64,000 nt of DNA from Auanema rhodensis (taxonomy: Eukaryota; Animalia; Nematoda): positions 4,588,001 to 4,652,000 of the forward strand of contig OZ059897.1 in the NCBI GenBank assembly GCA_964057225.1, read 5' to 3'. This document shows positions 13,691-27,378 of this stretch, one piece after another (position 1 is the first letter of the stretch; each line of letters begins with the position of its first letter). The position numbers and the translations under genes were made by a program. Below the pieces are notes generated by a model. It saw only the letters and a program-made list of their open reading frames with translations, was not told where the DNA came from and did no database searches.

Positions 13691-16600
13691 CAAATCTGAT
13701 AACACAGATCGACGCAGCTTAAAAATCCGCATCGAATGCACTATACTACATTGAGAAACGCTCTATACAAAAATTAGTTATGATCGTTTGAAAAATAATG
13801 CATTAGTGTATGCTGAGTTCCCATGTACACTCAACATTGCTTCCAAAAACATTGTGACAAAAATTTTCCCGAAAAATTTCTAAATAATTTCACAAAAAGT
13901 AGGAGTTTTTAGATTTCTTTTCTCAAGGCAAAGACGATGGACAATGTTATTCAACGAAAAAATTAATTCTTCAGGGTGAAAATCGAGGATATAAGTGTGA
14001 ACCTATATCAGTTGATTACTCGGTGCATTTTTAAGCTAGCGCAAATCTGATAACACAGATCAACGCAGCTCAAAAATCCGCATCGAATGCACTATACTAC
14101 ATTGAGAAACGCTCCATACAAAAATTAGTTATGATCGTTTGAAAAATAATGCATTAGTGTATGCTGAGTTCCCATGTACACTCAACATTGCTTCCAAAAA
14201 CATTTTGACAAAAATTTTCCCGAAAAATTTCTGAATAATTTCACAAAAAGTAGATGTTTTTAGATTCTTTTTTTCAAGACGAATACGATGGACAATGTTT
14301 TTCAACGAAAAAATCATTTCTTCAGGGTGAAAATCGAGGATATAAGTGTGAACATATATCAGTTGATATCTCGGTGCATTTTTAAGCTAACTCAAATCTG
14401 ATAACACAGATCGACGCAGCTTAAAAATCCGCATCGAATGCACTATACTACATTGAGAAACGCTCTATACAAAAATTAGTTATGATCGTTTGAAAAATAA
14501 TGCATTAGTGTATGTTGAGTTCCCATGTACACTCAACATTGCTTCCAAAAACATTTTGACAAAAATTTTCCCGAAAAATTTCTGAATAATTTCACAAAAA
14601 GTAGATGTTTTTAGATTCTTTTTTTCAAGACGAATACGATGGACAATGTTTTTCAACGAAAAAATCATTTCTTCAGGGTGAAAATCGAGGATATAAGTGT
14701 GAACATATATCAGTTGATATCTCGGTGCATTTTTAAGCTAACTCATATCTGATAACACAGATCGACGCAGCTTAAAAATCCGCATCGAATGCACTATACT
14801 ACATTGAGAAACGCTCTATACAAAAATTAGTTATGATCGTTTGAAAAATAATGCATTAGTGTATGCTGAGTTCCCATGTACACTCAACATTGCTTCCAAA
14901 AACATTGTGACAAAAATTTTCCCGAAAAATTTCTAAATAATTTCACAAAAAGTAGGAGTTTTTAGATTTCTTTTCTCAAGGCAAAGACGATGGACAATGT
15001 TATTCAACGAAAAAATTAATTCTTCAGGGTGAAAATCGAGGATATAAGTGTGAACCTATATCAGTTGATTACTCGGTGCATTTTTAAGCTAGCGCAAATC
15101 TGATAACACAGATCAACGCAGCTTAAAAATCCGCATCGAATGCACTATACTACATTGAGAAACGCTCCATACAAAAATTAGTTATGATCGTTTGAAAAAT
15201 AATGCATTAGTGTATGTTAAGTTCCCATGTACACTCAACATTGCTTCCAAAAACATTTTGACAAAAATTTTCCCGAAAAATTTCTGAATAATTTCACAAA
15301 AAGTAGATGTTTTTAGATTCTTTTTTTCAAGACGAATACGATGGACAATGTTTTTCAACGAAAAAATCATTTCTTCAGGGTGAAAATCGAGGATATAAGT
15401 GTGAACATATATCAGTTGATATCTCGGTGCATTTTTAAGCTAACTCAAATCTGATAACACAGATCGACGCAGCTTAAAAATCCGCATCGAATGCACTATA
15501 CTACATTGAGAAACGCTCTATACAAAAATTAGTTATGATCGTTTGAAAAATAATGCATTAGTGTATGCTGAGTTCCCATGTACACTCAACATTGCTTCCA
15601 AAAACATTGTGACAAAAATTTTCCCGAAAAATTTCTAAATAATTTCACAAAAAGTAGGAGTTTTTAGATTTCTTTTCTCAAGGCAAAGACGATGGACAAT
15701 GTTATTCAACGAAAAAATTAATTCTTCAGGGTGAAAATCGAGGATATAAGTGTGAACCTATATCAGTTGATTACTCGGTGCATTTTTAAGCTAGCGCAAA
15801 TCTGATAACACAGATCAACGCAGCTCAAAAATCCGCATCGAATGCACTATACTACATTGAGAAACGCTCCATACAAAAATTAGTTATGATCGTTTGAAAA
15901 ATAATGCATTAGTGTATGCTGAGTTCCCATGTACACTCAACATTGCTTCCAAAAACATTTTGACAAAAATTTTCCCGAAAAATTTCTGAATAATTTCACA
16001 AAAAGTAGATGTTTTTAGATTCTTTTTTTCAAGACGAATACGATGGACAATGTTTTTCAACGAAAAAATCATTTCTTCAGGGTGAAAATCGAGGATATAA
16101 GTGTGAACATATATCAGTTGATATCTCGGTGCATTTTTAAGCTAACTCAAATCTGATAACACAGATCGACGCAGCTTAAAAATCCGCATCGAATGCACTA
16201 TACTACATTGAGAAACGCTTTATACAAAAATTAGTTATGATCGTTTGAAAAATAATGCATTAGTGTATGTTGAGTTCCCATGTACACTCAACATTGCTTC
16301 CAAAAACATTTTGACAAAAATTTTCCCGAAAAATTTCTGAATAATTTCACAAAAAGTAGATGTTTTTAGATTCTTTTTTTCAAGACGAATACGATGGACA
16401 ATGTTTTTCAACGAAAAAATCATTTCTTCAGGGTGAAAATCGAGGATATAAGTGTGAACATATATCAGTTGATATCTCGGTGCATTTTTAAGCTAACTCA
16501 AATCTGATAACACAGATCGACGCAGCTTAAAAATCCGCATCGAATGCACTATACTACATTGAGAAACGCTCTATACAAAAATTAGTTATGATCGTTTGAA

Positions 16601-17200
16601 AAATAATGCATTAGTGTATGCTGAGTTCCCATGTACACTCAACATTGCTTTCAAAAACATTGTGACAAAAATTTTCCCGAAAAATTTCTAAATAATTTCA
16701 CAAAAAGTAGGAGTTTTTAGATTTCTTTTCTCAAGGCAAAGACGATGGACAATGTTATTCAACGAAAAAATTAATTCTTCAGGGTGAAAATCGAGGATAT
16801 AAGTGTGAACCTATATCAGTTGATTACTCGGTGCATTTTTAAGCTAGCGCAAATCTGATAACACAGATCAACGCAGCTTAAAAATCCGCATCGAATGCAC
16901 TATACTACATTGAGAAACGCTCCATACAAAAATTAGTTATGATCGTTTGAAAAATAATGCATTAGTGTATGTTAAGTTCCCATGTACACTCAACATTGCT
17001 TCCAAAAACATTTTGACAAAAATTTTCCCGAAAAATTTCTGAATAATTTCACAAAAAGTAGATGTTTTTAGATTCTTTTTTTCAAGACGAATACGATGGA
17101 CAATGTTTTTCAACGAAAAAATCATTTCTTCAGGGTGAAAATCGAGGATATAAGTGTGAACATATATCAGTTGATATCTCGGTGCATTTTTAAGCTAACT
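13691..17200 (+). repeat. 5-monomer (1755-bp) tandem duplication
   Basis: Private SNP GTTAAG occurs at 15219 and 16974. The ORF triplet 14129/14480/15182 is repeated as 15884/16235/16937 with the same SAY/STY/NLT variants. Confidence 0.85.
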
Positions 17201-20200
17201 CAAATCTGATAACACAGATCGACGCAGCTTAAAAATCCGCATCGAATGCACTATACTACATTGAGAAACGCTCTATACAAAAATTAGTTATGATCGTTTG
17301 AAAAATAATGCATTAGTGTATGCTGAGTTCCCATGTACACTCAACATTGCTTCCAAAAACATTGTGACAAAAATTTTCCCGAAAAATTTCTAAATAATTT
17401 CACAAAAAGTAGATGTTTTTAGATTCCTTTTTTCAAGACGAATACGATGGACAATGTTTTTCAACGAAAAAATCATTTCTTCAGGGTGAAAATCGAGGAT
17501 ATAAGTGTGAACATATATCAGTTGATTACTCGGTGCATTTTTAAGCTAGCGCAAATCTGATAACACAGATCAACGCAACTCAAAAATCCGCATCGAATGC
17601 ACTATACTACATTGAGAAACGCTCTATACAAAAATTAGTTATGATCGTTTGAAAAATAATGCATTATTGTATGCTGAGTTCCCATGTACACTCAACATTG
17701 CTTCCAAAAACATTGTGACAAAAATTTTCCCGAAAAATTTCTAAATAATTTCACAAAAAGTAGGAGTTTTTAGATTTCTTTTCTCAAGGCAAAGACGAAG
17801 GACAATGTTATTCAACGAAAAAATTAATTCTTCAGGGTGAAAATCGAGGATATAAGTGTGAACCTATATCAGTTGATTACTCGGTGCATTTTTAAGCTAG
17901 CGCAAATCTGATAACACAGATCAACGCAGCTTAAAAATCCGCATCGAATGCACTATACTACATTGAGAAACGCTCCATACAAAAATTAGTTATGATCGTT
18001 TGAAAAATAATGCATTAGTGTATGTTGAGTTCCCATGTACACTCAACATTGCTTCCAAAAACATTTTGACAAAAATTTTCCCGAAAAATTTCTGAATAAT
18101 TTCACAAAAAGTAGATGTTTTTAGATTCTTTTTTTCAAGACGAATACGATGGACAATGTTTTTCAACGAAAAAATCATTTCTTCAGGGTGAAAATCGAGG
18201 ATATAAGTGTGAACATATATCAGTTGATATCTCGGTGCATTTTTAAGCTAACTCAAATCTGATAACACAGATCGACGCAGCTTAAAAATCCGCATCGAAT
18301 GCACTATACTACATTGAGAAACGCTCTATACAAAAATTAGTTATGATCGTTTGAAAAATAATGCATTAGTGTATGCTGAGTTCCCATGTACACTCAACAT
18401 TGCTTCCAAAAACATTGTGACAAAAATTTTCCCGAAAAATTTCTAAATAATTTCACAAAAAGTAGATGTTTTTAGATTCCTTTTTTCAAGACGAATACGA
18501 TGGACAATGTTTTTCAACGAAAAAATCATTTCTTCAGGGTGAAAATCGAGGATATAAGTGTGAACATATATCAGTTGATTACTCGGTGCATTTTTAAGCT
18601 AGCGCAAATCTGATAACACAGATCAACGCAACTCAAAAATCCGCATCGAATGCACTATACTACATTGAGAAACGCTCTATACAAAAATTAGTTATGATCG
18701 TTTGAAAAATAATGCATTAGTGTATGCTGAGTTCCCATGTACACTCAACATTGCTTCCAAAAACATTGTGACAAAAATTTTCCCGAAAAATTTCTAAATA
18801 ATTTCACAAAAAGTAGGAGTTTTTAGATTTCTTTTCTCAAGGCAAAGACGATGGACAATGTTATTCAACGAAAAAATTAATTCTTCAGGGTGAAAATCGA
18901 GGATATAAGTGTGAACCTATATCAGTTGATTACTCGGTGCATTTTTAAGCTAGCGCAAATCTGATAACACAGATCAACGCAGCTCAAAAATCCGCATCGA
19001 ATGCACTATACTACATTGAGAAACGCTCCATACAAAAATTAGTTATGATCGTTTGAAAAATAATGCATTAGTGTATGTTGAGTTCCCATGTACACTCAAC
19101 ATTGCTTCCAAAAACATTTTGACAAAAATTTTCCCGAAAAATTTCTAAATAATTTCACAAAAAGTAGATGTTTTTAGATTCCTTTTTTCAAGACGAATAC
19201 GATGGACAATGTTTTTCAACGAAAAAATCATTTCTTCAGGGTGAAAATCGAGGATATAAGTGTGAACATATATCAGTTGATATCTCGGTGCATTTTCAAG
19301 CTAACTCAAATCTGATAACACAGATCGACGCAGCTTAAAAATCCGCATCGAATGCACTATACTACATTGAGAAACGCTCTATACAAAAATTAGTTATGAT
19401 CGTTTGAAAAATAATGCATTAGTGTATGCTGAGTTCCCATGTACACTCAACATTGCTTCCAAAAACATTGTGACAAAAATTTTCCCGAAAAATTTCTAAA
19501 TAATTTCACAAAAAGTAGGAGTTTTTAGATTTCTTTTCTCAAGGCAAAGACGATGGACAATGTTATTCAACGAAAAAATTAATTCTTCAGGGTGAAAATC
19601 GAGGATATAAGTGTGAACCTATATCAGTTGATTACTCGGTGCATTTTTAAGCTAGCGCAAATCTGATAACACAGATCAACGCAGCTTAAAAATCCGCATC
19701 GAATGCACTATACTACATTGAAAAACGCTCCATACAAAAATTAGTTATGATCGTTTGAAAAATAATGCATTAGTGTATGTTGAGTTCCCATGTACACTCA
19801 ACATTGCTTCCAAAAACATTTTGACAAAAATTTTCCCGAAAAATTTCTGAATAATTTCACAAAAAGTAGATGTTTTTAGATTCTTTTTTTCAAGACGAAT
19901 ACGATGGACAATGTTATTCAACGAAAAAATTAATTCTTCAGGGTGAAAATCGAGGATATAAGTGTGAACCTATATCAGTTGATTACTCGGTGCATTTTTA
20001 AGCTAGCGCAAATCTGATAACACAGATCAACGCAACTCAAAAATCCGCATCGAATGCACTATACTACATTGAGAAACGCTCTATACAAAAATTAGTTATG
20101 ATCGTTTGAAAAATAATGCATTAGTGTATGCTGAGTTCCCATGTACACTCAACATTGCTTCCAAAAACATTGTGACAAAAATTTTCCCGAAAAATTTCTA

Positions 20201-23200
20201 AATAATTTCACAAAAAGTAGGAGTTTTTAGATTACTTTTCTCAAGGCAAAGACGATGGACAATGTTATTCAACGAAAAAATTAATTCTTCAGGGTGAAAA
20301 TCGAGGATATAAGTGTGAACCTATATCAGTTGATTACTCGGTGCATTTTTAAGCTAGCGCAAATCTGATAACACAGATCAACGCAGCTCAAAAATCCGCA
20401 TCGAATGCACTATACTACATTGATAACGCTCCATACAAAAATTAGTTATGATCGTTTGAAAAATAATGCATTAGTGTATGTTGAGTTCCCATGTACACTC
20501 AACATTGCTTCCAAAAACATTTTGACAAAAATTTTCCCGAAAAATTTCTGAATAATTTCACAAAAAGTAGATGTTTTTAGATTCTTTTTTTCAAGACGAA
20601 TACGATGGACAATGTTTTTCAACGAAAAAATCATTTCTTCAGGGTGAAAATCGAGGATATAAGTGTGAACATATATCAGTTGATATCTCGGTGCATTTTT
20701 AAGCTAACTCAAATCTGATAACACAGATCGACGCAGCTTAAAAATCCGCATCGAATGCACTATACTACATTGAGAAACGCTCTATACAAAAATTAGTTAT
20801 GATCGTTTGAAAAATAATGCATTAGTGTATGCTGAGTTCCCATGTACACTCAACATTGCTTCCAAAAACATTTTGACAAAAATTTTCCCGAAAAATTTCT
20901 AAATAATTTCACAAAAAGTAGATGTTTTTAGATTCCTTTTTTCAAGACGAATACGATGGACAATGTTTTTCAACGAAAAAATCATTTCTTCAGGGTGAAA
21001 ATCGAGGATATAAGTGTGAACATATATCAGTTGATATCTCGGTGCATTTTCAAGCTAACTCAAATCTGATAACACAGATCGACGCAGCTTAAAAATCCGC
21101 ATCGAATGCACTATACTACATTGAGAAACGCTCTATACAAAAATTAGTTATGATCGTTTGAAAAATAATGCATTAGTGTATGCTGAGTTCCCATGTACAC
21201 TCAACATTGCTTCCAAAAACATTGTGACAAAAATTTTCCCGAAAAATTTCTAAATAATTTCACAAAAAGTAGGAGTTTTTAGATTTCTTTTCTCAAGGCA
21301 AAGACGATGGACAATGTTATTCAACGAAAAAATTAATTCTTCAGGGTGAAAATCGAGGATATAAGTGTGAACCTATATCAGTTGATTACTCGGTGCATTT
21401 TTAAGCTAGCGCAAATCTGATAACACAGATCAACGCAGCTTAAAAATCCGCATCGAATGCACTATACTACATTGAGAAACGCTTTATACAAAAATTAGTT
21501 ATGATCGTATGAAAAATAATGCATTAGTGTATGTTGAGTTCCCATGTACACTCAACATTGCTTCCAAAAACATTTTGACAAAAATTTTCCCGAAAAATTT
21601 CTAAATAATTTCACAAAAAGTAGATGTTTTTAGATTCCTTTTTTCAAGACGAATACGATGGACAATGTTTTTCAACGAAAAAATCATTTCTTCAGGGTGA
21701 AAATCGAGGATATAAGTGTGAACATATATCAGTTGATATCTCGGTGCATTTTTAAGCTAACTCAAATCTGATAACACAGATCGACGCAGCTTAAAAATCC
21801 GCATCGAATGCACTATACTACATTGAGAAACGCTTTATACAAAAATTAGTTATGATCGTATGAAAAATAATGCATTAGTGTATGTTGAGTTCCCATGTAC
21901 ACTCAACATTGCTTCCAAAAACATTTTGACAAAAATTTTCCCGAAAAATTTCTAAATAATTTCACAAAAAGTAGATGTTTTTAGATTCCTTTTTTCAAGA
22001 CGAATACGATGGACAATGTTTTTCAACGAAAAAATCATTTCTTCAGGGTGAAAATCGAGGATATAAGTGTGAACATACATCAGTTGATATCTCGGTGCAT
22101 TTTTAAGCTAACTCAAATCTGATAACACAGATCGACGCAGCTTAAAAATCCGCATCGAATGCACTATACTACATTGAGAAACGCTCTATACAAAAATTAG
22201 TTATGATCGTTTGAAAAATAATGCATTAGTGTATGCTGAGTTCCCATGTACACTCAACATTGCTTCCAAAAACATTGTGACAAAAATTTTCCCGAAAAAT
22301 TTCTAAATAATTTCACAAAAAGTAGGAGTTTTTAGATTTCTTTTCTCAAGGCAAAGACGATGGACAATGTTATTCAACGAAAAAATTAATTCTTCAGGGT
22401 GAAAATCGAGGATATAAGTGTGAACCTATATCAGTTGATTACTCGGTGCATTTTTAAGCTAGCGCAAATCTGATAACACAGATCAACGCAGCTTAAAAAT
22501 CCGCATCGAATGCACTATACTACATTGAGAAACGCTCCATACAAAAATTAGTTATGATCGTTTGAAAAATAATGCATTAGTGTATGTTGAGTTCCCATGT
22601 ACACTCAACATTGCTTCCAAAAACATTTTGACAAAAATTTTCCCGAAAAATTTCTGAATAATTTCACAAAAAGTAGATGTTTTTAGATTCTTTTTTTCAA
22701 GACGAATACGATGGACAATGTTTTTCAACGAAAAAATCATTTCTTCAGGGTGAAAATCGAGGATATAAGTGTGAACATATATCAGTTGATATCTCGGTGC
22801 ATTTTTAAGCTAACTCAAATCTGATAACACAGATCGACGCAGCTTAAAAATCCGCATCGAATGCACTATACTACATTGAGAAACGCTCTATACAAAAATT
22901 AGTTATGATCGTTTGAAAAATAATGCATTAGTGTATGCTGAGTTCCCATGTACACTCAACATTGCTTCCAAAAACATTGTGACAAAAATTTTCCCGAAAA
23001 ATTTCTAAATAATTTCACAAAAAGTAGATGTTTTTAGATTCCTTTTTTCAAGACGAATACGATGGACAATGTTTTTCAACGAAAAAATCATTTCTTCAGG
23101 GTGAAAATCGAGGATATAAGTGTGAACATATATCAGTTGATTACTCGGTGCATTTTTAAGCTAGCGCAAATCTGATAACACAGATCAACGCAACTCAAAA

Positions 23201-26200
23201 ATCCGCATCGAATGCACTATACTACATTGAGAAACGCTCTATACAAAAATTAGTTATGATCGTTTGAAAAATAATGCATTAGTGTATGCTGAGTTCCCAT
23301 GTACACTCAACATTGCTTCCAAAAACATTGTGACAAAAATTTTCCCGAAAAATTTCTAAATAATTTCACAAAAAGTAGGAGTTTTTAGATTTCTTTTCTC
23401 AAGGCAAAGACGATGGACAATGTTATTCAACGAAAAAATTAATTCTTCAGGGTGAAAATCGAGGATATAAGTGTGAACCTATATCAGTTGATTACTCGGT
23501 GCATTTTTAAGCTAGCGCAAATCTGATAACACAGATCAACGCAGCTCAAAAATCCGCATCGAATGCACTATACTACATTGAGAAACGCTCCATACAAAAA
23601 TTAGTTATGATCGTTTGAAAAATAATGCATTAGTGTATGTTGAGTTCCCATGTACACTCAACATTGCTTCCAAAAACATTTTGACAAAAATTTTCCCGAA
23701 AAATTTCTGAATAATTTCACAAAAAGTAGATGTTTTTAGATTCTTTTTTTCAAGACGAATACGATGGACAATGTTTTTCAACGAAAAAATCATTTCTTCA
23801 GGGTGAAAATCGAGGATATAAGTGTGAACATATATCAGTTGATATCTCGGTGCATTTTTAAGCTAACTCAAATCTGATAACACAGATCGACGCAGCTTAA
23901 AAATCCGCATCGAATGCACTATACTACATTGAGAAACGCTCTATACAAAAATTAGTTATGATCGTTTGAAAAATAATGCATTAGTGTATGCTGAGTTCCC
24001 ATGTACACTCAACATTGCTTCCAAAAACATTGTGACAAAAATTTTCCCGAAAAATTTCTAAATAATTTCACAAAAAGTAGATGTTTTTAGATTCCTTTTT
24101 TCAAGACGAATACGATGGACAATGTTTTTCAACGAAAAAATCATTTCTTCAGGGTGAAAATCGAGGATATAAGTGTGAACATATATCAGTTGATATCTCG
24201 GTGCATTTTCAAGCTAACTCAAATCTGATAACACAGATCGACGCAGCTTAAAAATCCGCATCGAATGCACTATACTACATTGAGAAACGCTCTATACAAA
24301 AATTAGTTATGATCGTTTGAAAAATAATGCATTAGTGTATGCTGAGTTCCCATGTACACTCAACATTGCTTCCAAAAACATTGTGACAAAAATTTTCCCG
24401 AAAAATTTCTAAATAATTTCACAAAAAGTAGGAGTTTTTAGATTTCTTTTCTCAAGGCAAAGACGATGGACAATGTTATTCAACGAAAAAATTAATTCTT
24501 CAGGGTGAAAATCGAGGATATAAGTGTGAACCTATATCAGTTGATTACTCGGTGCATTTTTAAGCTAGCGCAAATCTGATAACACAGATCAACGCAACTC
24601 AAAAATCCGCATCGAATGCACTATACTACATTGAGAAACGCTCTATACAAAAATTAGTTATGATCGTTTGAAAAATAATGCATTAGTGTATGTTGAGTTC
24701 CCATGTACACTCAACATTGCTTCCAAAAACATTTTGACAAAAATTTTCCCGAAAAATTTCTGAATAATTTCACAAAAAGTAGATGTTTTTAGATTCTTTT
24801 TTTCAAGACGAATACGATGGACAATGTTTTTCAACGAAAAAATCATTTCTTCAGGGTGAAAATCGAGGATATAAGTGTGAACATATATCAGTTGATATCT
24901 CGGTGCATTTTTAAGCTAACTCAAATCTGATAACACAGATCGACGCAGCTTAAAAATCCGCATCGAATGCACTATACTACATTGAGAAACGCTCTATACA
25001 AAAATTAGTTATGATCGTTTGAAAAATAATGCATTAGTGTATGCTGAGTTCCCATGTACACTCAACATTGCTTCCAAAAACATTGTGACAAAAATTTTCC
25101 CGAAAAATTTCTAAATAATTTCACAAAAAGTAGATGTTTTTAGATTCCTTTTTTCAAGACGAATACGATGGACAATGTTTTTCAACGAAAAAATCATTTC
25201 TTCAGGGTGAAAATCGAGGATATAAGTGTGAACATATATCAGTTGATATCTCGGTGCATTTTCAAGCTAACTCAAATCTGATAACACAGATCGACGCAGC
25301 TTAAAAGTCCGCATCGAATGCACTATACTACATTGAGAAACGCTCTATACAAAAATTAGTTATGATCGTTTGAAAAATAATGCATTAGTGTATGCTGAGT
25401 TCCCATGTACACTCAACATTGCTTCCAAAAACATTGTGACAAAAATTTTCCCGAAAAATTTCTAAATAATTTCACAAAAAGTAGGAGTTTTTAGATTTCT
25501 TTTCTCAAGGCAAAGACGATGGACAATGTTATTCAACGAAAAAATTAATTCTTCAGGGTGAAAATCGAGGATATAAGTGTGAACCTATATCAGTTGATTA
25601 CTCGGTGCATTTTTAAGCTAGCGCAAATCTGATAACACAGATCAACGCAACTCAAAAATCCGCATCGAATGCACTATACTACATTGAGAAACGCTCTATA
25701 CAAAAATTAGTTATGATCGTTTGAAAAATAATGCATTAGTGTATGCTGAGTTCCCATGTACACTCAACATTGCTTCCAAAAACATTGTGACAAAAATTTT
25801 CCCGAAAAATTTCTAAATAATTTCACAAAAAGTAGGAGTTTTTAGATTTCTTTTCTCAAGGCAAAGACGATGGACAATGTTATTCAACGAAAAAATTAAT
25901 TCTTCAGGGTGAAAATCGAGGATATAAGTGTGAACCTATATCAGTTGATTACTCGGTGCATTTTTAAGCTAGCGCAAATCTGATAACACAGATCAACGCA
26001 GCTCAAAAATCCGCATCGAATGCACTATACTACATTGAGAAACGCTCCATACAAAAATTAGTTATGATCGTTTGAAAAATAATGCATTAGTGTATGTTGA
26101 GTTCCCATGTACACTCAACATTGCTTCCAAAAACATTTTGACAAAAATTTTCCCGAAAAATTTCTGAATAATTTCACAAAAAGTAGATGTTTTTAGATTC

Positions 26201-27378
26201 TTTTTTTCAAGACGAATACGATGGACAATGTTTTTCAACGAAAAAATCATTTCTTCAGGGTGAAAATCGAGGATATAAGTGTGAACATATATCAGTTGAT
26301 ATCTCGGTGCATTTTTAAGCTAACTCAAATCTGATAACACAGATCGACGCAGCTTAAAAATCCGCATCGAATGCACTATACTACATTGAGAAACGCTCTA
26401 TACAAAAATTAGTTATGATCGTTTGAAAAATAATGCATTAGTGTATGCTGAGTTCCCATGTACACTCAACATTGCTTCCAAAAACATTGTGACAAAAATT
26501 TTCCCGAAAAATTTCTAAATAATTTCACAAAAAGTAGATGTTTTTAGATTCCTTTTTTCAAGACGAATACGATGGACAATGTTTTTCAACGAAAAAATCA
26601 TTTCTTCAGGGTGAAAATCGAGGATATAAGTGTGAACATATATCAGTTGATATCTCGGTGCATTTTCAAGCTAACTCAAATCTGATAACACAGATCGACG
26701 CAGCTTAAAAATCCGCATCGAATGCACTATACTACATTGAGAAACGCTCTATACAAAAATTAGTTATGATCGTTTGAAAAATAATGCATTAGTGTATGCT
26801 GAGTTCCCATGTACACTCAACATTGCTTCCAAAAACATTGTGACAAAAATTTTCCCGAAAAATTTCTAAATAATTTCACAAAAAGTAGGAGTTTTTAGAT
26901 TTCTTTTCTCAAGGCAAAGACGATGGACAATGTTATTCAACGAAAAAATTAATTCTTCAGGGTGAAAATCGAGGATATAAGTGTGAACCTATATCAGTTG
27001 ATTACTCGGTGCATTTTTAAGCTAGCGCAAATCTGATAACACAGATCAACGCAGCTTAAAAATCCGCATCGAATGCACTATACTACATTGAGAAACGCTC
27101 TATACAAAAATTAGTTATGATCGTTTGAAAAATAATGCATTAGTGTATGCTGAGTTCCCATGTACACTCAACATTGCTTCCAAAAACATTGTGACAAAAA
27201 TTTTCCCGAAAAATTTCTAAATAATTTCACAAAAAGTAGATGTTTTTAGATTCCTTTTTTCAAGACGAATACGATGGACAATGTTTTTCAACGAAAAAAT
27301 CATTTCTTCAGGGTGAAAATCGAGGATATAAGTGTGAACATATATCAGTTGATATCTCGGTGCATTTTCAAGCTAACT

